Positions 27,508 to 35,382 of a stretch of DNA of 64,000 nt are shown here, in pieces. The notes under the pieces are model-generated. The model saw only the letters and a program-made list of their open reading frames with translations. It was not told the origin of the DNA and did not search any database. This DNA comes from Acidimicrobiaceae bacterium. Lineage in GTDB: Bacteria; Actinomycetota; Acidimicrobiia; Acidimicrobiales; Aldehydirespiratoraceae. The stretch lies in contig VXTM01000047.1 of the NCBI GenBank assembly GCA_009837445.1, positions 72,437 to 136,436 on the forward strand, written 5' to 3'. The position numbers and the translations under genes were made by a program. Within the stretch, counting starts at the first letter, position 1. The number at the start of each line of letters is the position of its first letter.

Positions 27508-27522
27508 AGGCTCGTGTTCGGA

Positions 27523-28770
27523 TTAGGACGGCTTGACCAGCGTCGGGTCGAGCTCGATGTTCTCCCGGACGGCCCAGTCCCCGTCCTGCACGTGGATCAC
27601 CGCCATCACTGGCGACAGCAGGTTGCCCACGCTGTTCAGGTTCATGTTGGAGGTGGTGCCGTGATAGTCGATGTCGTTGCCGGCCTCGAGCTCGGCCAGA
27701 CCCTGGGCGTAGCTGAATACCTCCACGCCGGGCGGGTTGGCGATCTCCGGGATGGCTGCGGCCACGGCAGCGCCGTCGGTCGTGCCGGCCTTCGCGGTGG
27801 CCAGCCCCAGGATGATGTACTGGTCGTACTGCCAGGCGTCGTAGAACGCGATCTCGGGCGGGTCGCCGATCTTGGCCTCGAACCGGGGCACGTAGGCGTC
27901 CCAGGCCGGGTTGTTCTCGGTGTCGTAGGCGGTGGCGCCGACGATGGCTGAGGCGCCCTCCACGCCGCTGATGATCTCGGCGATCTCGGGGCTGAGGAGG
28001 TCAGTCGTCAGGATCAGGGGAATGTCGGAGTAGCCGCGGCGCTGCCACTCATTGAGGAGCGGTACGCCCGTCTCGAAACCGGCCGCGATGTAGACGGCGT
28101 CAGGGCCCGACTCGAAGGCCTGGGCGACCTGAGCCGCGTAGGTGGTCTCCCCGGCGTTGAAGCGGACATCCGCGGTGACGGAGCCGCCCATCTGCTCGGT
28201 GAAGACGGCCTTGAAGACATTGGCGGGGCTCTCAGTGCCCTCGCTCAACTCGACCAGCATGGCCACGTTGCGGTAGCCCTCGTCGCGGGCCACCTGGGCG
28301 CCGACGATGCCGTTGTCGGTGTCGGAGGGGATGATCCGGAACACCATGTCGCCGCCGGTGTTGTCGAGTTCGGTGGTGCCGCAGGTGCTGCAGATCGTCG
28401 GGATCTGAAGCTCGTGCACCGTGTCGAAGATGGCGATCATCCCGTCGGACTCGATCCCGCCCAACGCGTGGATCCCGTCGACCTCGGTCAGCTCGGCGAA
28501 GCCCGACACCGCGCCCTCAGGCGTCGATCCGTTGTCCTCGACGACCAGCTCGACACTACGGCCGAGCACTCCGCCGCCCGCATTGAGCTCCTCGACGGCC
28601 ACTTCCGCCGCGGCCAAAGCCCAGTGGCCCCAGGGTCCGTAGTCCCCGGACTGCCCGTTGAGGAAGCCGTACTTGACGGGACCCTCCTCCGCAGCATCAC
28701 CGCTATCACCGCTGCAAGCTGCGGCGGCCACGAGGCCAACCGCAAGCAGCGCCACGAGTACGCGCTTCAC
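27523..28770 (-). CDS. ABC transporter substrate-binding lipoprotein (Liv/Peripla_BP_6 type)
   Basis: GTG at 28770 preceded by GGAAGGAG (7-nt spacer). Lipoprotein signal VKRVLVALLAVGLVAAAAC-SGD. About 415 aa. Confidence 0.8.
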   Translation of the reverse strand: MKRVLVALLAVGLVAAAACSGDSGDAAEEGPVKYGFLNGQSGDYGPWGHWALAAAEVAVEELNAGGGVLGRSVELVVEDNGSTPEGAVSGFAELTEVDGIHALGGIESDGMIAIFDTVHELQIPTICSTCGTTELDNTGGDMVFRIIPSDTDNGIVGAQVARDEGYRNVAMLVELSEGTESPANVFKAVFTEQMGGSVTADVRFNAGETTYAAQVAQAFESGPDAVYIAAGFETGVPLLNEWQRRGYSDIPLILTTDLLSPEIAEIISGVEGASAIVGATAYDTENNPAWDAYVPRFEAKIGDPPEIAFYDAWQYDQYIILGLATAKAGTTDGAAVAAAIPEIANPPGVEVFSYAQGLAELEAGNDIDYHGTTSNMNLNSVGNLLSPVMAVIHVQDGDWAVRENIELDPTLVKPS

Positions 28771-28790
28771 TGTTTTTCTCCTTCCGGATA

Positions 28791-28809
28791 CTGGGTCGAG
28801 ACGACCCAG
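28791..28809. promoter_or_regulatory. Perfect 8-bp-arm palindrome in the leader of the 16-gene unit
   Basis: CTGGGTCG-AGA-CGACCCAG, 21 nt upstream of the binding-protein GTG, within the divergent intergenic region. Confidence 0.4.
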
Positions 28810-28864
28810 CCGACATCTGCTAGCCCATAGCGTTGCACTAATTCCGTCGTCTAGCCACACCCGG

Positions 28865-28904
28865 AGACAAATTGTCTGACAGAAGGATGTTTCGAGACCG
28901 GTCT
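28865..28904. promoter_or_regulatory. Cluster of AGAC/GTCT half-site palindromes (candidate operator)
   Basis: AGACAAATTGTCT (28865..28877), overlapping TGTCTGACA (28873..28881), and AGACCGGTCT (28895..28904). All lie within 40 nt spanning the start of the PPOX-like gene. Confidence 0.35.
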
Positions 28905-29402
28905 GAACTGGACTACACGACGGCTACTGCCGCTAATGCCCTTGGCACCGAGGCTCTCGACGGGTTCCTGGCGCACCGTCACGACGGCCGGCTCGGAACG
29001 ATTCGATCCGACGGCTGGCCGCACGTGACACCGATCTGGTTCCTTTGGGAGGAGTCGCTGCTCCGGTTCTCGCTCGGAGCCAGCCGACTGCACCTTTCCA
29101 ACCTCAGGAGCGACGCCCGAGCGACGTTCTGCGTGGGCGAGGATCTTGAGCGCGACGGCTCGGGCCGCGGGACGATCGCGGCGGTGGCCTTCGGACTGGC
29201 AACCATCACGACAATGGAGGAGGACAAGGCCTTCGTGCGTGCCATGACGGAGGCCATTCTCGGGCGCTACCGCCCCACCGACGAGTCGATCGTGTGGGCC
29301 GAGGACCGGGCCGTCGTCACCCTGGCTCCCCACCGGTGGCTGACGTGGGCGAGCCCGCCGACCGCCGGACCGTCGCCTCAGCCGGCAACCGGTTCGCCGT
29401 AG
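28887..29402 (+). CDS. Pyridoxamine 5'-phosphate oxidase-like (PPOX-class, possibly F420-dependent) protein
   Basis: ATG at 28887 preceded by AGAAGG. The ORF track starts at TTG 28872. Family block DGRLGTIRSDGWPHVTPIWFLWEESLLRF. Confidence 0.65.
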   Translation: MFRDRSELDYTTATAANALGTEALDGFLAHRHDGRLGTIRSDGWPHVTPIWFLWEESLLRFSLGASRLHLSNLRSDARATFCVGEDLERDGSGRGTIAAVAFGLATITTMEEDKAFVRAMTEAILGRYRPTDESIVWAEDRAVVTLAPHRWLTWASPPTAGPSPQPATGSP

Positions 29403-30184
29403 ACCTCGACCAGGAAGGCGCGCAGGGCCGCATTGACCTGATCGGGACTCTCGAGGTTCACGGTGTGGCCTGCGCCGGGGATTGGCACCAGGTAGGCGGA
29501 ACCGATGGCCGCCACGGTGGTGCGGGCGTCCTCGATCCCGATGGCTTCGTCCTCGAGTCCGTGGATGGCCACCGCCGGCACGTCGATGGTGTCCAGGTGT
29601 TCGCGGATGTCGTCCTGCATGAGCCAGGAGCACACTTCGTGGTACACGGCGTCGCCGCGGTGGCTGGCCCAGCGCTCCACCCAGTGCCGTACCATCTCGG
29701 GGCGGTTGGCGCGGGTCGAGGCTGAGAAGCAGAGCCGAGCCTCGTCCAGGGCGAACTCGCGGCCAACCTGCGGTACACCGAGCAGCGGGCGGTAGTGCTG
29801 CTCCCAGCTGGACTGGTCGGCCTCCGAGTAGCTCAGCCCGCTGCTCGCGATCAGGGCAAGGCCGTTGATGCGGTCCCGATGGCGAAGCACGACCCGCAGC
29901 GCCATCCAGCCGCCCATCGACATGCCCGCGATCACGCAGCGCTCGATCTGCAGGCTGTCCAGCAGCCGGACACAGTCATCAGCAAGGTCGTAAAGGTTGT
30001 AGGGGCCCTCCCATCGGGCGCCGCGGGCGCGGTGGTCGAAGGCCACCACCCGGTAGTGGTCACTGAGTGCCTCCAACTGGGGCTCGAACATCGTGCGGTC
30101 CATCATGGAGCCGTGGCTGAAGACCACCGCGGGGCCCTGCCCCGCCTCGTCGTAGGCCATCCCGGCGGCCTCTGCGGAGATCAT
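29378..30184 (-). CDS. Alpha/beta-fold hydrolase
   Basis: ATG at 30184 (MISAEAAGMAYDEAGQGPAVVFSHG) preferred over 30268, which would overlap the divergent cupin gene. Nucleophile elbow GMSMGG. An alternative start is 30160. Confidence 0.7.
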   Translation of the reverse strand: MISAEAAGMAYDEAGQGPAVVFSHGSMMDRTMFEPQLEALSDHYRVVAFDHRARGARWEGPYNLYDLADDCVRLLDSLQIERCVIAGMSMGGWMALRVVLRHRDRINGLALIASSGLSYSEADQSSWEQHYRPLLGVPQVGREFALDEARLCFSASTRANRPEMVRHWVERWASHRGDAVYHEVCSWLMQDDIREHLDTIDVPAVAIHGLEDEAIGIEDARTTVAAIGSAYLVPIPGAGHTVNLESPDQVNAALRAFLVEVYGEPVAG

Positions 30185-30261
30185 CGCTCCGGTCACTTGG
30201 GTTCTCCCGACTCCTCGGCGCGGACCCGGCGCCCGCAGCGACAGGGTCATACACTCCCGGC

Positions 30262-30660
30262 GTGACAAAGAACAAGCCCCAAGTCGTGCCCCTGGCGTCG
30301 GTGGAGGTCAGAGCACCCGAGGACGCCCCCACCAAGGTCCGTATCGCCAGGATGATCACCAACGCCCGCTGCGGGTCCAACATGCTGCTGGGCGTGGCGT
30401 GGGTGCAGCCCGGCGAGAAGACCAACCGCTGGTCGACCCAGGCCGACGACGAACTCGAGCCGAACGACCATCACTACGGCTACCTGGAGGAGGTCTACTT
30501 CATCCTCCACGGCAACTTCCGTCTGGAGTGGGACGAGGGGGTTCTCGAGTTCGGGCCCAACGACGCGGTCTACCTTCCGGCCGGTTGGCAGTACCAACTC
30601 GAATGCGTGGGCGACGTGCCGGGCATGCTGGTCTACGGCTTCTCGCCCACGCCCGAGTAG
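30262..30660 (+). CDS. Cupin domain protein
   Basis: 132 aa. Beta-rich, with cupin-like blocks EEVYFILHGNFRLEWDEG and VYLPAGWQYQL. Confidence 0.6.
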   Translation: MTKNKPQVVPLASVEVRAPEDAPTKVRIARMITNARCGSNMLLGVAWVQPGEKTNRWSTQADDELEPNDHHYGYLEEVYFILHGNFRLEWDEGVLEFGPNDAVYLPAGWQYQLECVGDVPGMLVYGFSPTPE

Positions 30661-30717
30661 GCCCGGCGGCAGTCCCGCCGGCAGCGTCGCCGCCACGGAC
30701 AAGACCAGGATCCACCG

Positions 30718-31704
30718 GTGCGCTTCGGGGTGACGCTCCAGGCCGTCGCCGAGCCGGCCGAGTTCGTGGAACTGGTCCGCTGGATCGAGCGGCTCGGCTA
30801 CGACGACCTCTGGGTCGGCGACTCGTCGCTGCACTGCGGCGACGCCTACGTGTACGCCACGCTCGCCCTGCAGGCCACCTCCCGGCTCAGGGTCGGCACG
30901 TCGGTCACCAACCCCCTGACCCGTCATACCGGCATCACCGCCAACGTCTTCCGGTCGCTCGACCAGCTCGGTCCGGGACGGGTGGTCTGCGGGACGGGGG
31001 TCGGCGAACGGCCGCTGATCGAGCTGGGCTTCTCCAGGGCCAAGCTGTCGACCCTCGTGGAGCACATGGACGCCATGCGGCGGCTCTGGCGGGGCGAGAC
31101 CGTGGACGCCCGTATCGGGCGTCAGCGGCTGGTGGGATCTCACCTGCGGTCCGCCGCGGGCTCCATCCCGATCTTCGTGTCGGCCTCGGGTCCCCGCACT
31201 ATCGAGACCGCAGGCCGCCACGCCGACGGCGTCCTCATGCTGGTGGGGCTCGGGCCGGAGCCGCTGCGGCAGGCTCTCGCGCAGCTCCAGCAGGGACGGC
31301 GCGACAGCACCGTGGACCGCTTCGAGACGGCGTGCTGCCTCTACGGGGCGGTCGACGACGACGAGACGGAGGCCATCGAGTCGGCCAGGGCCATCGTGGC
31401 GTGGCTGGCCAAGGCGTCACCGCCGGCGGCGCGGGCTGCGGGCATGCCCGAGGATCTGATCGAGGAGATCGACGCCAACTACAGCGGTCGCGAGTTCCAG
31501 GAGGCTCGCCGGGCCGCCGCGGTGGTGCCCGACGCGGTGGTGCAGCGGGTGGCCTTCGCAGGCGGCCGCAAGTACGCGGAGGACAAGCTGTCCTGGCTCG
31601 ACTCGGCCGGCATCGACACCGTGAATCTCGGGCCGCTGACCGCGGACCCCCGCCCGACAATCGCGGCCGTGGCCGAGATCGCCGGGCTGGAGCCGACCGG
31701 TTGA
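30718..31704 (+). CDS. Luciferase-like monooxygenase (LLM) class, probably F420-dependent oxidoreductase
   Basis: 328 aa, GTG start. Blocks MRFGVTLQ...FVELVRWIERLGYDDLWVGDS and VGTSVTNPLTRH are typical of LLM/methylene-H4MPT-reductase-like enzymes. Confidence 0.8.
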   Translation: MRFGVTLQAVAEPAEFVELVRWIERLGYDDLWVGDSSLHCGDAYVYATLALQATSRLRVGTSVTNPLTRHTGITANVFRSLDQLGPGRVVCGTGVGERPLIELGFSRAKLSTLVEHMDAMRRLWRGETVDARIGRQRLVGSHLRSAAGSIPIFVSASGPRTIETAGRHADGVLMLVGLGPEPLRQALAQLQQGRRDSTVDRFETACCLYGAVDDDETEAIESARAIVAWLAKASPPAARAAGMPEDLIEEIDANYSGREFQEARRAAAVVPDAVVQRVAFAGGRKYAEDKLSWLDSAGIDTVNLGPLTADPRPTIAAVAEIAGLEPTG

Positions 31705-31792
31705 CCGGGGGTCGATCGGCGGGCGGCATGGTCACCGGGGCAAGCGTCTGACATATAGTTGCACCGTCGCAAGCGGAGCCAAGGGGGAGGCC

Positions 31793-32761
31793 ATGAGCAA
31801 CGCACTACGCCAGTACTGGCACCCGGTAGCCGCCGTCGAGGAGCTTGACGGCGGTCCGATCAAGACCACGCTCCTCGACGAGGACCTGGTGGTGTTCCGC
31901 TCGGGCTCCGAGATTCACGCCCTGCAGGATCTGTGCATCCACCGGGGCACACCGCTGTCGCTGGGATCGGTGAACGCCGACGGTTGCCTCGTGTGCCCCT
32001 ATCACGGCTGGACCTACGACACCAGCGGCAAGTGCGTGCACATCCCGTCCCAGCCGCCAGACCGGCAGCGGATCCCGTCGCAGGCGAGGGTGCCCGCCTA
32101 CCGGACTGCCGAGCACTACGGGCTTGTCTACGTGGCGCTGGAGGAGCCGGTCGCCCCGGTGCCGGACTTCCCCGAGTACTACGACGACGGGTTCCACATG
32201 ATCAGGCCGGGCGAGTGGACGTGGAACGCCAGCGCGGCCCGGTTCGTGGAGAACGCCATCGACACCTCGCACCTGCCGATCGTGCATCCGGGCCTGCTGG
32301 CCGACCCGTCGGCCACGGTCATCGCCCCCTTCGACATGGAGGAGACCGACCGGGGCTACGCCTTCTCGGCCAGGCGCCACGACGTGGACGAGGCCATGTT
32401 CGGCGACGCCGACGAACTGGTCACCCAGAAGACGTGGGTGGAGATCCCCTTCAGCTGGCGCCTGCTGATAACCGCCGAGTCCCAGAGCACGGTGGTGTTC
32501 ATCGCCAACCAGCCGATCTCCCTCAAGAAGGTCCGCTTCTGGGAGTACGTCGGCATCAAGGGACGCCAGGACCAGACCGACGAGGAAATCACCGCATTCC
32601 ACCAGAAGGTGATCGAGCAGGACCGCCACATCGTCGAGAACCAGAGGCCCGAGATGCTGCCGCTGGACATCACCGCCGAACTGCACCTCAGAGTGGCCGA
32701 CGAGCCGGCCCTCGAGTACCGGCGCCGCCTGGCCGCGGTGGCCGGCGCCGAGTACGCCTGA
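31793..32761 (+). CDS. Rieske non-heme iron oxygenase, single-subunit type, paralog 2
   Basis: 322 aa. GGGGGAGG lies upstream of the ATG. Rieske motif CIHRGTPLS...CPYHGW. Catalytic motif ENAIDTSHLPIVH. N-terminus (LRQYWHPVA) parallels 21886..22893. Confidence 0.8.
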   Translation: MSNALRQYWHPVAAVEELDGGPIKTTLLDEDLVVFRSGSEIHALQDLCIHRGTPLSLGSVNADGCLVCPYHGWTYDTSGKCVHIPSQPPDRQRIPSQARVPAYRTAEHYGLVYVALEEPVAPVPDFPEYYDDGFHMIRPGEWTWNASAARFVENAIDTSHLPIVHPGLLADPSATVIAPFDMEETDRGYAFSARRHDVDEAMFGDADELVTQKTWVEIPFSWRLLITAESQSTVVFIANQPISLKKVRFWEYVGIKGRQDQTDEEITAFHQKVIEQDRHIVENQRPEMLPLDITAELHLRVADEPALEYRRRLAAVAGAEYA

Positions 32762-32805
32762 GGGTCCAACCTGCCGAGCACATCAAGCAAAAGGAGCGCT
32801 TCCCC

Positions 32806-34065
32806 ATGCCGACCGCAATGAGCCTGGAGTGGCCCACCGACGACTTCAGCCGCATCCCGTTCGCCGCCTACCTCGACGAGGATATCTACGTGGAGGAGCA
32901 GGAGCGGATCTTCCGGGGCCCGGTCTGGTCGTACTTGGCCCTCGAGGCCGAGATCCCCAACACCGGTGACTTCATCACCACCTATGTGGGCGACACGCCG
33001 GTGCTCGTCAACCGCCAGCGGGACGGCCAGGTCTCGGCGTTCGTGAATCGCTGCATGCACCGGGGCTCGATGCTCAAGCGCGAGTGCCGGGGCAACGCCA
33101 CCATGCACACCTGCCTCTACCACCAGTGGGCGTACGACCTCACCGGCCAGCTGCGGGCGGTGCCGTTCGCCAAGGGTCACATGGGACGGGGCGGGCTGCC
33201 GCCCGACTTCGACATCAAGTCGGTGAAGCTCACGTCGATGCGGGTGGAGAGCTACCGGGGCGTGCTGTTCGGGACGTTCTCCGACGAGACCGAGCCGCTG
33301 GTCGACTACCTCGGTGACAACGTGCGGGCCGAGCTCGACCGGGTCTTCAACCGGCCCATCAGCCTGCTCGGCTACCAGCGCCAGCGCATCCTCGGCAACT
33401 GGAAGCTCTACAACGACAACGTGCGGGACCCGAACCACGGGGCGCTGCTGCACATGTTCCACGCCACCTTCGGCCTGTACCGCCCCACCCAGCGCGGCGG
33501 GGTGAAGATGGACGACCGTCACCGCCACAACATCAGCTACTCCATGATGGGCACCAGCGACGACGACGCCGACGCCGAGGCGTTCGCAGGAACGAAGAAG
33601 GTGTTCGACAAGGGATTCCGGCTCGAGGACCCGTCCATGCTGCAGTACGACAAGGAGTACCCCGACGACGTGTCGCTGACCATCCTGTCGATCTTCCCCA
33701 ACATGGTCATGCAGCAGATAACCAACAGCCTCTGCACCCGCCAGATCCAGACCCGCGGGCCGGGTGAGCTGGAGCTGTACTGGACCTACTTCGGCTACAC
33801 CGACGACGACGAGAAGATGACCCAGCATCGCCTCAACCAGGCCAACCTGGTCGGACCGGGCGGGCTGATCTCGATGGAGGACGGCGAGGCGGTCGAGATG
33901 GTCCACCGGGCCGTCAAGCGCGAGCAGAACGAGCACGGCATCGTCGAGATCGGCGGCAAGGGCGAGATCGCCGACCACGACTACCTAGTGACCGAGATCC
34001 CGATCCGGGGGTTCTGGTCGTACTACTACGAGCTGATGGGCATCGAGGCAGAGCAGGCCGCCTGA
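32806..34065 (+). CDS. Rieske ring-hydroxylating dioxygenase alpha subunit, set 2 (benzoate/anthranilate-dioxygenase-like)
   Basis: ATG at 32806 preceded by AAGGAG, preferred over the ORF start at 31933, which overlaps the previous gene. Rieske motif CMHRGSML...CLYHQW. About 419 aa. Confidence 0.85.
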   Translation: MPTAMSLEWPTDDFSRIPFAAYLDEDIYVEEQERIFRGPVWSYLALEAEIPNTGDFITTYVGDTPVLVNRQRDGQVSAFVNRCMHRGSMLKRECRGNATMHTCLYHQWAYDLTGQLRAVPFAKGHMGRGGLPPDFDIKSVKLTSMRVESYRGVLFGTFSDETEPLVDYLGDNVRAELDRVFNRPISLLGYQRQRILGNWKLYNDNVRDPNHGALLHMFHATFGLYRPTQRGGVKMDDRHRHNISYSMMGTSDDDADAEAFAGTKKVFDKGFRLEDPSMLQYDKEYPDDVSLTILSIFPNMVMQQITNSLCTRQIQTRGPGELELYWTYFGYTDDDEKMTQHRLNQANLVGPGGLISMEDGEAVEMVHRAVKREQNEHGIVEIGGKGEIADHDYLVTEIPIRGFWSYYYELMGIEAEQAA

Positions 34066-34538
34066 TGGGTTCTTCCGGCGAGCGCGACGCCGTCGTGGCG
34101 TTGATGATCGACTACGTGCACCTGATCGACGAGGACCGGCTGGAGGAGTGGGTCGAGCTGTTCACCGTCGACTGCACCTACAAGATCCTGTCGCGGGAGA
34201 ATGTCGACGCCGGCTACCCCCTGGAGCTCTTGTCGTGCCACAACAAGGGCATGCTGCGCGACCGGGTGGTGTCGCTGCGGGAGGCCAACCTGTACAACCT
34301 TCACACCGACAAGCACGTGCTCGGCATGGTCCGGACGAACCAGGAGAGCGACGGCGTGTGGACCGCGCAGGCCAACTTCTCGGTGTACCAGTCGACCCTG
34401 GACGGCGAGACCGACCTGTTCGCGGTGGGCACCTATCGTGACCGGGTGGTCTTCGACGACGGCCGGCCCCTGTTCGCGGAGAAGATCGTGGTCAACGACA
34501 CCTTCGCCGTGGCCAGGATGCTCTCCACCCCGATCTGA
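34065..34538 (+). CDS. Ring-hydroxylating dioxygenase beta (small) subunit, set 2
   Basis: 157 aa. TGATG 1-nt overlap with the alpha stop. NTF2-like (IDYVHLIDEDRLEEWVELF). Confidence 0.8.
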   Translation: MGSSGERDAVVALMIDYVHLIDEDRLEEWVELFTVDCTYKILSRENVDAGYPLELLSCHNKGMLRDRVVSLREANLYNLHTDKHVLGMVRTNQESDGVWTAQANFSVYQSTLDGETDLFAVGTYRDRVVFDDGRPLFAEKIVVNDTFAVARMLSTPI

Positions 34539-34573
34539 GCCGGGGTACTGGCGCGACTGGCGTTGAGGCCGGG

Positions 34574-35314
34574 CTACTCCTGCCAGCGCTTGTAGCGGGG
34601 GTCGTCCTCGAAGAAGGCCCTGTACATGCCGTCGAAGGCCAGCCACTGCAGGTCGATGCTGCGCCGGACCGCGTTCCACACCCGGGTTCTCGTGTAGTCG
34701 TCGTTGGCGTAGCGGCGCACGATCGCGGGCCCGATGTCGCCGTGGTCCTCCTCGATCTCGGAGGCGTGGATCTCCCAGTACGTCAGACCCTCGGAGCCCT
34801 TGGTGTAGCCGTAGTCCTTCACGAACGACTCGATGAGCATGTCGTTGCGCTTGGCCGAGGCGCCCTCGATGAAGGCGATACCGGCGATGGCCGCGATCCA
34901 GTCGCCCTTGAACGCGTTGAAGTATCGCCACTGCTCGAACGCGGCCGTCTCCGGGATGGCGTCGGTGGCCATCATCTCCTCCGCCGACAGGCCCAGCGTC
35001 GCGCACCAGTTGAAGTAGATCTGGAGGTGGTGGCCGGTGCCGGAGTGGCTTCCGGTGGCCTCCTCCATCAGCACGTCGCCGAACCAGAGGTGCTCGATGT
35101 CGGGGTCGCCCTCGGGGGCGTAGGCGTACACCGCGCAGTGCGGCCGCGGGTTGGGCTTGGGCCCGACGAAGAAGAACTGCCGGGCGAATCCCCGCAGGGA
35201 CTTGCGGGAGGCGTTCCCTTCGCAGATGGCGCTGACCAGCGGGTGGAACTTGATGTGCTCGGCCTCGACGGTCTCGTCGATGCGTCGCAGCAGGTCGTCG
35301 GTTTGTGCAGACAT
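34574..35314 (-). CDS. Heme-oxygenase-like fold protein (TenA/PqqC/Haem_oxygenase_2-type putative iron-dependent redox enzyme)
   Basis: ATG at 35314 (MSAQTDDLLRRIDE) preferred over the ORF start at 35587. All-helical, 246 aa. Carboxylate/His-rich blocks MEEATGSHSGTGHH, FIEGASAKRND and WEIHASEIEEDHGD. Confidence 0.55.
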   Translation of the reverse strand: MSAQTDDLLRRIDETVEAEHIKFHPLVSAICEGNASRKSLRGFARQFFFVGPKPNPRPHCAVYAYAPEGDPDIEHLWFGDVLMEEATGSHSGTGHHLQIYFNWCATLGLSAEEMMATDAIPETAAFEQWRYFNAFKGDWIAAIAGIAFIEGASAKRNDMLIESFVKDYGYTKGSEGLTYWEIHASEIEEDHGDIGPAIVRRYANDDYTRTRVWNAVRRSIDLQWLAFDGMYRAFFEDDPRYKRWQE

Positions 35315-35382
35315 GGGGCGGCACCATAGCCGGGGCGATCCGGCCGGCTCATGTCGGGCGCCACCCGCCCCGCTGAGGTCCG

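Noticed and set aside
34574-35314. The label 'TenA family transcriptional regulator' for the heme-oxygenase-like protein, which would have supplied the missing regulator.
   Set aside because: TenA-type proteins are enzymes, and the regulator name is historical. No DNA-binding motif is visible.
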